In this document: positions 36,336 to 49,224 of the stretch, piece after piece | Layout of the letters: each line of letters opens with the position of its first letter | Numbering within the stretch: position 1 is the first letter of the stretch | DNA from: Octopus sinensis | Lineage: Eukaryota | Assembly (NCBI RefSeq): GCF_006345805.1 | Contig: NC_043001.1 | Span: 27,590,001 to 27,654,000 of the forward strand | Direction: 5' to 3' | Length of the DNA: 64,000 nt | Made by a program: the position numbers and the translations under genes | Notes under the pieces: generated by a model | Told to the model about the DNA's origin: nothing | Database searches by the model: none | Seen by the model: only the letters and a program-made list of their open reading frames with translations

Positions 36336-39300
36336 CATCATCATCATTATCATCACTGTCATCGCTTAACGTCCACTTTCCATGCTGGGATGGGTTGGAC
36401 GGTTTGGTTGAGGGCTGGCAAAGTTTCTACAATTGGATGCCCAGTCAGGCGGTACTAGCATTGACCATGCTTGAATGGTGCTTTTTACATGCCACCAGCA
36501 TTGGCATCAACCACACTTGAATGGTGCTTTTTATGTGCTATTGGCATGGGTGCCAATCAGGCAGTACTGTCATCGACAATGACAACAACTTCACTTACCT
36601 CTACAGGTCTTCGCAAGTGCAGTTTATTGCCCAATGATTGAAGGGTACTCTTAAATAGGCCAGTTATTCTGCACTGGCACAGGCCACAGTTATGGTCTGA
36701 CTTGGCTTGCTGGGTCTTCTCAAGCACAGCATGTCTCCAAAGGTCTCTGTCACTTGTCATCACTTCGATGAGGCCCAATGTTTGAAGGTTACACTTCACC
36801 ACCTCATTCCAGGTCTTTCTGGATCTACCTCTTCCATTGGTTCCCTCTACTGCAAGGGTGTGACACTTTTTCACACAGCATCCTCATCCATACACAACAC
36901 ATGACCATACCAGTGCAGTCGTCTCTCTCTTACACACATCTGATGCTTCTTATGTCCAACTTTTCTCTCAGGGCGCTTACACTCTGTTGTGTATTCACAC
37001 TGACATTACACATGCAGTGGAGCATACCAGCTTCATTCTTTGCAAGGTTACGCATGTCCTCAGCAGTCACAGCCAATGTTTCACTGCCATGTAGCATAGC
37101 TGTTCACACACATACGTCATACAGTCTACCTTTTACTCTGAGTGAGAGGCCTTTTGTCACTAGCAGAGGTAGGAGCTCTCTGAACTTTGCCCAGACTATT
37201 CTTATTCTAGCAGCTACACTCTCATGCACCCCCACTACTGACTTGGTCACCTAGGTAACGAAAGCTATCAACTACATGTAGTTTTTCTTCCTGGAATGTG
37301 ATAGAAGTTGTTTTCTGCTCATTTTCAGTGTTTATCGTCACACACAAAAACTTATCTTCCCAGTTAGCCTTCTTTTGATATTGCTGCATCTCTTATGTGT
37401 CCATAGCTTACACTGGGTACATCTTATGGAGTTTCTACCTACACCTTTTCAACTGATTGAGCAATAGACCTTGCTTCCACACCTGAAACTTCTCCAGTTC
37501 TGATAGTGACTCAGTTATTAGAGCAAGGTCATCAGCATAGAGAAGCTCCCAGAAGCATCCTGTCTTGAATTCTTTTGTTATTGATCCTTGGTGGACCCCT
37601 ACCCGGAATTCTTTTCTGTACTTAGTGCCAACCCTCACCTTACTGACAGCATCCCTCTACATGGGTTGTACAATTCCCACTAACCATTCATCTGTCCCTA
37701 GTTTCTGCATTGACCACTAGATATGGGATCAGGGGACCCTGTCAAAGGGTTTCTCCATGTCAACAAAAGCCAGGTACAGAGGTTTATCTTTCATTAGGTA
37801 TTTCTCTTGCAGCTGTCTTACCAGAAATATAGTATCAGTTGTGCTTTTCCCTGGCACAAACCCAAACTGCATCTCATCTAAACTGATTCTCTCTCTAATT
37901 AACTGGGCTATGACCCTCTCCATGACTTTCATTACCTGATCCAACAACTTGATACCTCTGTAATTATTCGTATCTAAAGCATCACCTTTACCTTTGTAAC
38001 AGATGACTATGGTGCTGCTACACCAGTCATTGTGTATGACTCCTTCATGTTTCACCTAATTGACTGTGCGGGTGACTAGACTATAGCCAACACCGCCAGA
38101 TATTTTAAGCATCTCTGCGGGGATTCCTGATGGGCCAGGAGCTTTCCCTGTCTTCATACTCTTAATTGCTTTATCTACCAAGGTACTGTCAATTCAAATA
38201 GCTGGTCCCACTGTTGGGTTGACATTTGGCAGACTCTCTTTCTCCCATTCATTCTCTTTATTTAGCAACCTTTCATAGTGGTGTCTTCAAGTCTCTCTCT
38301 TATCTGCTTCCCATCTGGCTAAGTAAATCTGTCACCTAGTATCCCTTCTGGCAATCTGATATAATTCCCTGCTACCACCATTCTTCCTGTCCTTCCATGC
38401 CTGTTTCTTTTCCCTAGTGGCCCTATCAACTACATTGTTCCACCACCACGTTGCCTTGGGTCAACAGAGGACTTTGCACCATACACAGTTCTGATCAGTA
38501 GCCCTCAACAGGTTGTCTCGAAGAAACCTCCAGTTGTCTTCCACATCATATATATGCTATATCCCCTTCTATTTCGTCAAAAGCTTCAAGTAATACGTCT
38601 CTAAATCTCTGTCCATTTACAGGATCCTTAAGCTTCCAGACCATTCTTCTCCATGCTGGTCGTCTTCTGGGCATCCATTTAATCCTGATCCTGAAGTCGC
38701 TAACTACTAATCTATCTTGTGGGGTGCATTCTTCACCTGGGAAGGTTTTGGCATTTATAACTAGCTATCTTTCCCATTTCCTGGCAAAGATGTAATCAAT
38801 TTGACTCGTGTGTCCACCAAATCGGTTGGTGAATAAATAGGTAACTGGCAGGTTTCCTGAAGTAGTATTACAAACAATAAGATCATTTATATCGTATAAC
38901 TCCAGCAGTGTGGTTCCTTCCTCATTGCGGGAACCAAAGCCATAGCCTCCATGTATGCCATGGAAGCCCACTGCATGTTTGTCACCAGTAACAAAGGGAA
39001 TGTCCCTGTCATTTGTCAAGGAGGTAGTCTGTAAGAGGGTGTCATAAAATCGGTCCATCTGTTCATCAGGTAGCTCAGGCTGAGGGGCATAGGCCAAGAA
39101 AATGGTTGCTTACCAATGTTGCAGCACTAATCTAATCTTAAGTATTCTATCACAGACTCTGACTACCTTGATTACCTTATCAACCCATTTCTCTGCAAGA
39201 AGTATACCTATGCCCCCGACCCCGTCAGTGTTCCAAACCCAGAAAATCTTATACCTATGTTCTTTGCCTGTGAGGAACTTAGCAGAACTTCCTCTCCATC

Positions 39301-39420
39301 TTACTACTTGGATGCAGCACAAATCTACATGTCTCTGTTCTCAACAATTTCACCAGACCTACTTTTCAGTGTGCCAACCATGAGGGTGTGGGATGGGGGA
39401 CAGCAATGTCATGTACCTGA
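36336..39420 (-). mobile_element. Long RTE LINE copy (AP endonuclease, RT and 3' UTR), degenerate
   Basis: APE motifs CCIQ.VRW, GIGILL, AYAPQ and GFGSRNEEG. RT motifs NYRGIKLL, AFVDMEK and LLYADD. Confidence 0.92.
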
Positions 39421-39689
39421 AAAGAAAGCTCGCATTTGGCAGAACTCACAAACATATAATAGCCTTCATCCTGCATACACTACACCATCATTTTTATGCG
39501 CTACATGATCACTACCTTACATAAGAGATAAACCCTAAGCAGGGATAAGGGAACATTAAGCCTTTGGAGGTGTTCATGGGAGACATCTGATAGAGGTCAG
39601 AGGATAGAGACTTCCAGTATACGTGGTAGAAGTGGGAAGGACAGGCACATTGCAAAACATTACTGCTTTTGGTATGTATATATGTGCAT

Positions 39690-39992
39690 GTGAGGGTGCC
39701 AGTTGATCCGATCAAAGGAACAGCATGCTTGTGAAATTAAAGTACAAGTGGCTGAGCATGCTACAAATATGTGTACCCTCAACAGAGTTCTCAGGGAGAT
39801 TCGGTGTGACACAAAATGTGACAAGGCCGATCCTTTGAAATACAGGTACAGCTCATTTTTGCCAGCTGAGTGGACTGGAGCAACTTGAAATAAAATGTCT
39901 TCCTCAAGGACACCACGCACTACCGGGTATCGAACTCCGAAACTTACAATCATGAGTCAAATAGCCTAACCACTGAGCCATGCACCTTCAAA
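39690..39992 (-). mobile_element. tRNA-headed SINE family D
   Basis: TGGCTCAGTGG A box, GAGTTCGATACC B box, and core GTGTCCTTGAG..TTGCTCCAGTCCACTCAGCTG. Confidence 0.75.
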
Positions 39993-40024
39993 TGTGTGTT
40001 GATATAATAAAGATGAATATGTAA

Positions 40025-40285
40025 CTGGCACCTGTGCCGGTGGCATGTGTAAAAAGATTTGAGCGAGGTCATTGCCAGTACCGCCTGACTGGCCCCCGTG
40101 CCGGTGGCATGTAAAAAGCACCCACTACACTCTCAGAGTGGTTGGTATTAGGAAGGGCATCCAGCTGTAGAAACTCTGCCAGATCAAGATTGGAGCTTGG
40201 TGCAACCATCTGGTTCGCCAGCCCTCAGTCAAAATCGTCCAACCCATGCTAGCATGGAAAGCAGACGTTAAATGATGATGATGAT
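40025..40285 (+). repeat. RTE 3' UTR repeat (alpha variant), just upstream of exon 5
   Basis: Same motif set as 6352-6840. Confidence 0.85.
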
Positions 40286-40429
40286 TATTATGTAGTTTTG
40301 TGAATGTATGTCTGATTAATAGTTTCTTGTGAATGTTTCTTCAGGTCAACCTGATTGTATAAAATCATTTATTTTGCTGTATATATTACTCATAAGTATA
40401 TTTATTATTGAATCTTTGTTTACATTCAG

Positions 40430-40527
40430 AGTGGTGCAAAGATTATGCTAGCAATAGTGAAAACATTGAAGTGGTGAAGAAAGAACTGGATGATTATTTT
40501 AAAGAGTATGATGAAAAACAGGAATTG
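40430..40527 (+). CDS. RRP7A: RRP7A exon 5 (KWCKDYASNSENIEVVKKELDDYFKEYDEKQEL)
   Basis: ttcag acceptor and gtaagt donor. KWxxDY and DxY/FxxYD match human KWISDY...VDTFMEAYD. Phase 1-0. Confidence 0.95.
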
Positions 40528-40750
40528 GTAAGTTTTTGGATCTTTTTTTCAATCAGAAACATGAAATGTTACCTCTGATTTGGGAAGGGATCATTTCACA
40601 ATTTAATGCTTCTCAGAAGGGAATGTTTCACGTAGCATTTGGCTCTGAATGTGACAGAGAGAGGCTTGTTATGGGTGATATGGATGTGTGATAAAATGGC
40701 AGATGAATCAGATGTCTTGAAGTGAGATTAAGACACTATCAGCAGTTTAA

Positions 40751-40970
40751 AACTTTTTTTGTTACCATATTTCTGTTGAAATACACTACCCTTGTTTTAA
40801 TTCATTTTGAAAAGATTAAAGAAATTGGTAAAATAACTATCATATTAGCTGATGTTTCATACATAAATTAACAAGAAATTTTGATTGAAGCTTTTAAATC
40901 TAGATCACTTTAAAAAATGGAAATTTGTATCACAGAACCAGGGACAGTCTCAGACATGGTATCAGAAGGG
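40751..40970. mobile_element. piggyBac-type MITE
   Basis: TTAA at both ends, left end ..TTTTGTTACCATATTTCTG, right end GAAGGG-TTAA. Confidence 0.7.
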
Positions 40971-41992
40971 TTAAAAATGTGAAGAATGAAAAAAAAAAGG
41001 TTACAATGAGATTTGAAAGTGAATATGCTGCCTCTAAGCTATTGGATTCAATAAATCTTTCAATCTCTAGAATACATTATGACAACTAGCACTGAGCATG
41101 TTCTTTCCTTGCATCAAAAACAATATCTCTATGAATATTTACTCTTGAGTTATGGAAATATATCCCAGGTTTAAGAAGTACAGTCTTCTCTGATTTTCTC
41201 TACTGATGATAGCCTACTGTTTCACATCATCCATCTGTAACATGACGGGGATGGCCATAAACAGTTACAGCCTACACCAACATGAATATCTTTTTCTCTT
41301 TGAAAACTACCAGTACAGATTCCATAGAGTCTAAATTCATCAAAGACATCTTTATTGATATAACATCTGTAGTCTCTCTTTTGTAAATTTTGTCAAACAT
41401 GAGAATCTTCTTATGAGCTAACTTGGATATTGCTTTTATAAGAAGCTAGGTCACACTGCGACATTCAATATTAGTGAAAAATATCACTCTGTCAACACTC
41501 TGGAGTACAGCACAACTCACTCTTCTCTAATTGAACATAATTATTCATAGTATTATTTGACTGAAATATTTGTTGAGTTCTACCCCAAGAAAATTGTTGA
41601 GAGTGTCTCCACATGATTGCACAATCTGTTAGAAATGAAAGCTAAATCTCTCTCCCTAATCACATCCTACCATCTTTAAAAAAAGGACACTGCTGAATAA
41701 GTATTCTGCTAGAAACATTGTGTTTAAAACAAAAGAGGATATGATGGTCACAGATCTGCTTGAGTAGAGATTTTCAAAACCCAAACAACAACAATAGAAT
41801 ATCTTAACCTCTATTCTCTCTCTATCAAAATGCACTTTAGCCCAGACATTCTTTCTTCAGTTTATAAACATAAAATACTCTTTTTTGTCTTGTTTGTGTA
41901 CTAAAACCTATTACGGCTGAAACATGTAGGCTACAGACCAACTGATTGCTTGTTGTAATGGCAAATTTAACCCAAAAAATATTTTTTTTCAG

Positions 41993-42136
41993 GAAAAACA
42001 GAACTTAAAACGGAAAACAGAAGACACTGATGCAGAAGGCTGGATGAAAGTCACAAAGCTGTCTAAAGTAAAAGCTAATCAAAATAAGGCTTCAAGATAC
42101 ATCAAAAGAAAACAAAAGAAGAATAGAAATGAAAAG
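41993..42136 (+). CDS. RRP7A: RRP7A exon 6 (EKQNLKRKTEDTDAEGWMKVTKLSKVKANQNKASRYIKRKQKKNRNEK)
   Basis: tttttttcag acceptor and gtaaat donor. DxEGWxKVT is the Rrp7 motif. Phase 0-0. Confidence 0.95.
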
Positions 42137-42386
42137 GTAAATAGATATTCAGTTAATGTAAAGATTCATTGTCATTGCTATCTATAATCATTTAATACCT
42201 GTTTTCTAAGGTTGGCTTTACTTAGATGAATTTGAAAAAGGGTTTCTCTCCATCTTCATTTTTGTCTTTTTGTGTCTTTAGGCAACCTAATATCATTTTG
42301 GGAACAGACATGCTCAGGAAATAAGTTCAACAGAATTTAGGTGTAGTGATTGGAAATTGACTGTTTAAGCAATCCAAGTGTATTGG

Positions 42387-42541
42387 TCATCATCATCATC
42401 CTCGTTTAACATCTGCTTTCCATGCTAGCATGGGTTGGACGATTTGACTGAGGGCTGGCGAACCAGATGGCTGCACCAGGCTTCAATCTTGATCTGACAG
42501 AGTTTCTACAGCTGGATGCCCTTCCTAATGCCAACCACTCC
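42387..42541 (-). repeat. RTE 3' UTR repeat (alpha variant), just downstream of exon 6
   Basis: Reverse complement of 40135-40285. Confidence 0.85.
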
Positions 42542-42865
42542 AGAAACAATTATGTTGTGAACCATTGAAAATCATGGACTGTTTGAATTGTACATTGAGG
42601 CAGGAAATAAATTCTTTTACTATCTAATAAGTGCTGAATGCACAGCTAATATGGATAGTGTTTAAGGTGTAGAGTGAATTGAAAACGAGAGAACTTAGTG
42701 AATGTAGTGGACTTGTAGCAATTAGACGTGTATTGAGAATTATATCTTGTGCATAAAATATTGAATAACTGACAAATACAATTTTTTTCTCTCATATCTA
42801 AGATATAACCTGGCAGAATAAAGCATAAACTGATTACTATATAGTTAGTGCTTAGCACAAAAATA

Positions 42866-44104
42866 TCAGGTCATTCCATAAGTTCTGTCCGATTTTCCCT
42901 TTTTTTTAAATTGAATGAAATTTAATAGTATTTTAGAATGTCTAATGGAATTTAAAATTATTTTTATGTAATTGTGTACATTTAAACTAATTAAATATTA
43001 TTTTACAGAATAATAGAATAAAATTTCTTTGATTAAAATGTTTTCTAATATGGAAGTTTCCAAAGAGTATTTGAGGCACATAATGCTTTATGAGTACAAA
43101 AAAGGAAACTCTGCAGCCGAAGCGACTCAAACATACACTCAGTTTATAGGAGAGAATGCTTGAATGAAAGAACTTGCAGAAGATGGTTTGCAAAATTCAG
43201 AAGTGGAAATTTCAGCCTCGAAGATGAAGATCGAACAGGACGTCCAGCTGAGTTTAATGATAAGCTCCTTGAGGCATTACTTGAAGAAAATCCTGCATTA
43301 TTAGTTGAAGAATTGGCAATAAAGCTTAGTTCAAACCATACAACTGTTCATCGTCATCTTCAACAACTTGGAATGGTTCCTCAACTTGGAAAATGGGTGC
43401 CTCGTAAATTATCCAACTGCAGATCCTGAGTTGACATCTGCTCTTCTCTCCATTCTCGCGAACTCATTTCACCCTTTTTGGATAAACTTGTAACTGGTGA
43501 TGCAAAATGGATCTTCTGATGAAATGCTAAATGTCATAAACAGTGGCTTGGTAAAAGGGAAAAAGCTCAACCACAACTGAGAAGGGAACTTCATGGAAAG
43601 AAGGTTCTTCTCTTTATCTGGTGGGATTGCAAAGGAGTAATTCACTTTGAATTGTTACCACCTAATGCAACAATCAATGCTCAAGTCTACTGTCAGCAAT
43701 TAGAGTGTTTGAACCAAGCTTTGAAGAAAAAACGATGCGCTTTAGTGAATCGAAAAGGAGTGATGTTTCATCAGGACAATGCACGACCCCGCACTGCAAA
43801 GATCACATCACAGAAGATCGAAGAGCTTGCTCCTTCAGACTACCACGTATTTCGTAGTTTATAGAATCATATGGGGAACATAACTTTCACAAGCCAGGAG
43901 GAGGTCGAAACTGACATTTCAGAGTTCTTCATTTTGAAACCAAAGGAGTTTTACATTGATGGGATTAAAAAGCTTGTAAATAAATGGAAGGAAGTCATAG
44001 ATAATCAGAAAAAGTACATTGATGATTAAATTTCAATTAAATATAACATTTGATCACTTGTTTTCTTTATTCAAAATTCGGACAGAACTTATAGGATGAC
44101 CTGA
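42866..44104 (+). mobile_element. Near full-length mariner (Tc1/mariner) transposon with a pseudogenised transposase (43050-44029)
   Basis: TIRs of about 30 bp (TCAGGTCATTCCATAAGTTCTGTCCGA) with TA TSDs. Motifs WVPRKL, VTGD, HQDNARP and APSDYH are present. There are frameshifts and stops, and the YSPDL segment is deleted. Confidence 0.93.
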
Positions 44105-45839
44105 TATAAAAATTATGCAGAAGGAACTCTAGTGGACTGACAGATGATTAGAACTTTATATGGTTACTATGGGATAAAGTAGCTAACAGAATGAACCAAC
44201 TATGATTTAAAAGCTCATAGACTGCTTAGATTTTGTCTTAAGTTTTGTTATATGAGTGATTTAATTAATGCTGAAATTTTAGCTAGTGATTACATACAGA
44301 CTATGGTGAAGAACTATTGAAGGCAGAGGGATTTCTTGCTTTACAAAAAAAAATGGTTAGAATTATTCTGTTAGTTTTGATACAACGAAATGGATGGGAA
44401 TATGTTGATGATAGTCAAGCACAGTATAAGTTTTAAGGTTTGATACAAGTTAGTTAAGAAGGACACCAAATGCATGAGCAAATGTATTCAAGAGACTGTT
44501 TTATTGATATGGGCGTGTAATGTGAAGAGATGTTTCATGATGGAGGTGTAATGACAGCAAACTAAAGGTTTGCTAAAAAGTAATTAGACAGGGCTTTAGC
44601 AAAATTCTCTCAAATGAAATGAGGAATGGACTGAAACGTAAGGAGATGATGTATTGCAAGATTATTGAACATGGAAACAGCAGATATTAAGATAATGTTT
44701 GATAATACTATTGTGATCGCCATCACTATTACATGACATGCATGTGCACCACCTTTGTATAAAAACATGACACTTTATATGAAAAAAAACTTTCTGATTT
44801 TGAATTTTAAAATTTAAAATTTTACACAGTGAAACTATTTAATTTATATTAAAGGCTCATATAGGAAACTGCTTAAACTATTCTTTCAGAACTATCTTAG
44901 AACCTTCCACTTAACCTTGTAATCTCTTTTCTCAAATTGGGTACAGACATGGCTTTTGCCGTGGGGGCTAAAACATGACACTCAGACACTGCCCAACAGC
45001 TTACTTTACCCTCTTCTAATCAACTGTTTCCAAGAAATTACAATCATTTGTTCATATTTAATTAGGAACGAATGATGTATTCAGAATAATTTTCATTAGT
45101 AATTTATTAGTAACCAAGGGAGACTACGCAACAATATTTCTGCATTGAATGAAATGATTATAACAGACAAATCTATTTGGTAGATTTGATTTTTTAGCTA
45201 ATTTTCAACAGTCAAGGGCAGTAACTTGCAATTATAGTTGGCTCTGCTATGGCATTATTTGTGTAACATGGTCCTTCTCTACATAGTGAAAAAATTATTG
45301 ATTGAAAGGGACTATTTTAGGCAGTTATTTCTGATGTCATTTTTGAAGTTGGTATCAGAGAAGCAAGTCTTTCTGCATTTGGTAAAATTTAGTTCTTGAA
45401 GCTATTTCCCAAATACTGTGGTGTTCGTTTCCTACAATTTTATCTAATTTATTTGTCGTGGGCATGTTCATGTGACTCCCTATTCTCTGTTGTGGGTTTC
45501 TACTTGTTTCTGTTTTGAACAAATTGCTTTGATGATGAAATATTTATTCCACATGAGATTATGTTGTATTTCATACATAATTAAATAATACAAATTTTAT
45601 CTCAGATTTATCCATTTTCTACTATACATGTAAGGAAGTCACTTATTTTCTGCTGTTTATTTTGTGATACCAAAAAGTATGCAACAAGTTGGAAATTTAG
45701 GATTCAGAATGCAAAGAAATGCATTGAAGAATCTCCTCTGTTGTTCTTCATTGTGAAAAAATTGCTATTGTAAATAATTCTTATAATGTTTATACTCATT
45801 TCTTTATTAAAAGTATTCATTTTTTTACTTTCTTTGTAG

Positions 45840-45888
45840 CACTTATTAGATTTTTACACTTTTCAAATGAAAGAAACTCAACAAAATC
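45840..45888 (+). CDS. RRP7A: RRP7A exon 7 (HLLDFYTFQMKETQQN + 1 nt)
   Basis: tttgtag acceptor and gtaagt donor. LLDFYxFQ matches human LLNFYAWQ. Confidence 0.95.
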
Positions 45889-46110
45889 GTAAGTCTTTTA
45901 ATTTATTCTTTGTCAGTAACATCTTTTATCATCATTGACTCATACATAAATTCTTTTTTTTTAGACTGGACCATTATATTCTTGTTTTGTAGCTTTCATT
46001 TTTTTAACAGTGTTTTCCAAAAATTTTATGAAGACAGCAGAATGTTGACATAGCATCAAAGATGATGATAGGGTGTATCTTCTTATCTGACAAAGATGTT
46101 TGACTTTAAA

Positions 46111-46315
46111 CCCTTTGCGCTCTTATCCAGTCCAGATATTCCACCTGTTTTATATTCAAACTGACCAGATCTGGTTTTTTCCCCTTCTACCCTATGATAT
46201 CATTCTAAAAAATAACCTATCACATTGTCAAGCTATGTGATAATGCATGATTAAATTCAAAACAATGTTAGTAAATATGCATTACATTTCATAGAGTAAT
46301 TAGAATGCTGATGGG
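46111..46315. mobile_element. piggyBac-type MITE, second family
   Basis: TTAA(A)-CCCTTT ... ATGGG-TTAA. Confidence 0.55.
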
Positions 46316-47677
46316 TTAAATAGTGTAATCAGCTACATGTAAATAGACACATGTAAAGAAATACTTTTCTCCAAACAGCAAGAACAGTTTATACTTGACG
46401 TGCTTCATTAATTTGCAGTTCTGAACCCATTACTTTTCACGGGCAAAAACCTCTTCACTAAGCTCAGATGGGAGATGATGCAGAGATTTAAAAAAAAGTT
46501 AGTGGCTTTACCATCAATATCCAATTATAATGAAGCGGGGAAAAGAAACAAATTCATCATGAAAGTCAAAACAGATCGCTTATGATCTTTCTGCCATAAA
46601 GAAATATGACATTTTCCCACCCTAATTAAAGCGCTCCTAGTCCATCATATCACATATATATTATTTTCCCTAGTCTTGGTTAATTGTATCCATCTTCTCA
46701 ATCAGCAATCTTCAGTCCCTGTTATTTGCCAACCTGTTGCCACATGCCACATTTCCAACATCACAAAGGTGATAATGAGTCATAAATGATTACTTCTGTT
46801 ATTCATTGCCCTTGACATTTAGCTAAAGCAATGTTGTCATCCATGATATCTGTAAATTGTTCCCCCAAACATAGCACACCTACCTGACTAAGTTATTTGC
46901 TTATACACTCCAGTCTTTGGGGCTGAAATTTCCTCATAATGTTCTGCTGTTACATACATTTATAAAGCTATCTGCAGTCTCTGTTTTATCAACTGTTATG
47001 TCTCAGCATAGTTATGTTTCTCATATACATCTAACAGCAACAAAATGTATCTAGTAAAACAGTCCTGTAACACTACACCCTCCTTTCTCATAAACAACAA
47101 TATTAAAATCTTCACTGCAAATGCTTCATTTATGATATCTTCCTTTTCATAACAACCCTTTATCTGTAACATTGCTAAAGCTGCCTTCTCAAAATTAAAC
47201 TTTCTCTTCAGAGTCAGAAATTATTTGGTTGCTGACCTTCTACAGGTGTCAAGTGCAACTCACAGTGTACTGCTCACATAACTAGACTGGCACTGCTTAT
47301 GTATTCAAATATCCTAAACTACAGTTCCAAAAGAAATTGTCCATCTGATTGACAAAGATTCAGTCAGTGATATATACATATATCAGCATACTCTTTCTTA
47401 TCTGTCTTTTCTACCACATACTCTTCTGAACAAGTAAGCTACATATCTCTCTACAAACCCACCCAATGTGCCTGGTCATCTTTTGTGTCTCACCCCTCAA
47501 ACATTGCACAAGACACTTCGCTCAAGCTTTGCTATGTACTTTGAGCCTCAACTTTGGATCTGTGCACTTTTTTCTAATAGGCATCCAGAACATTAAACTG
47601 TATTTTATATTTTATGCGTTAATGTTTAATTAATAAATGTGTTAATTTTAAAATGATTATTTCCTTCAACATTCTAG

Positions 47678-47763
47678 GATTACAAGAATTGCGGAAAAAA
47701 TTTGAAGAAGACAAACAGAAGATAGCTTTAATGAAAGCAGCCCGGAAATTCAAACCCTTCTAG
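47678..47763 (+). CDS. RRP7A: RRP7A exon 8, terminal coding part (RLQELRKKFEEDKQKIALMKAARKFKPF*)
   Basis: ttctag acceptor. LRKKFEEDKQKI..ARKFKPF is the conserved Rrp7 C-terminus. TAG at 47761-47763. Summed CDS is 804 nt. Confidence 0.97.
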
Positions 47764-47769
47764 AATAAA
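47764..47769 (+). terminator. Polyadenylation signal immediately after the RRP7A stop (alternative AATAAA at 47971-47976)
   Basis: TAG AATAAA followed by T-rich sequence. Confidence 0.6.
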
Positions 47770-48059
47770 TTATTATTTTTTTATAAAAATATACATTCTT
47801 TTATTCATTTATTTATTGCAGTCACTATACTGTGATTATAATGGGGTCCCACCTTTGGGGATTGTAGTCAATTATATAATCCCCATAACTTTGTCTGGTA
47901 TTTATTGTTGTTGATCTTTATGCATCAAATGGCTAAGTTCTTTCTTGGCAAAAACACATAACTGACACTGAATAAATACCACTAGAAATTTTATTTTTTC
48001 GTACACAGATTTATTGGCAGTACCTTGATATGCACATTATATACATATGTATATATCAC

Positions 48060-48320
48060 AGCTCCAGTACTATGGATATTTGATTAGAATGTCACAGGAA
48101 AGAATTGCAAGACAGATTTTTCAAGCCACAGCAATCAGCAAGGAACTTATAGGTAGACAAGGAACAAGGTGGCTGATAATATGCATAGCCTTAGTTGATG
48201 GCACTTGGGAATCTGACCACAATGTGTAATGACGATTAATTCTGATAGGACTCTGTGGAGGAGATACCTGAGAACTCTACCTCTATGACCCTCCTGGAAA
48301 TAGGCAGAGAAAATGGATGG
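48060..48320 (+). mobile_element. RTE-type LINE 3' fragment
   Basis: QLQYYGYLIRMSQERIARQIF..GRQGTRW. Confidence 0.6.
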
Positions 48321-49224
48321 ACTGAATTCTTTGAGAGATAACAGCTCAAATTTATATAGGTCATAGGAATAAAAAAATTAGAAGCAATAATCATAGAAAG
48401 ATGTATCTAAAGCACAGATATTGAGTGTTGAGTTTCTAACATACAAACAAACAACCTCTTGTATGACTTAGCAGTTTTGGCACATCATTAGAGGGGGCTT
48501 TTTTACTTGGGATATTGTAGTGTTTTGAAGTAGTCAGCAAAAGTATTTTATAGACATTTATGTAGCCTAACATTTTTTGCCCCTTATGTGCATAATATGG
48601 AGAATGAAAATACTGTGACACAATTTGTTGTTGCTGCTCGTCTTTATTAATGTAAACCTTTGGCACAAAGGTTTACAGCAAACCATCACTCCAACAGTCT
48701 AGGCTCATAGATATATCTGACTTATTGATTTGATTCCATCACCGTTGTTTGAGAAACATTCTAACCAAAGCTGTCTTATCAAAATTGTTGGTATACTATT
48801 CAAAAAGAGGGTATATAACAAATTTGTTTACAACACTGAACTGGTTGTGCAAGAAATAGTTTTATGTACATCCTTTTTAGAATAAACCTGGAAAGTTATT
48901 AAACTATAAATATATTTAAATTGTGGTAAGCATTTGGAAAGGAATGTAAGTATCATTAGATTTTTTTTTTCAATGTTCTTCCTCTTTCCATGTGTCTTGA
49001 TGCAGTAGCATTTTATCTGCTTTCCTCTATTGAAAGTTTTGCACACTAAATCCTGGCATTCTTTACTCAGTGCAGTTGTCTCTCTTGTGTGCAGATATCT
49101 GATGCTTCACATATGCTAGACAGAGGACAGAGCTATCGGCAGCAAGAATATGTATATTTTTGTCTATTAAAATTCTGATGCTTTAATTACCTTTATTCTT
49201 TTAATCTCTCAAAAACCTTATTTT

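Noticed and set aside
36336-39992. Apparent tRNA-headed full-length RTE (Pol III-driven LINE chimera)
   Set aside because: The head belongs to a self-contained SINE (39690-39992) separated from the ORF by unrelated sequence, and no TSD spans both. Adjacency is more likely.
41905-41935. CCTATTACGGCTGAAACATGTAGG just upstream of exon 6, resembling the 3' half of a hammerhead
   Set aside because: No CUGANGA box.
46063-46165. C/D-box snoRNA-like ATGATGA..CTGA..CTGA in intron 7
   Set aside because: The second half lies inside a piggyBac MITE, and there is no terminal stem.
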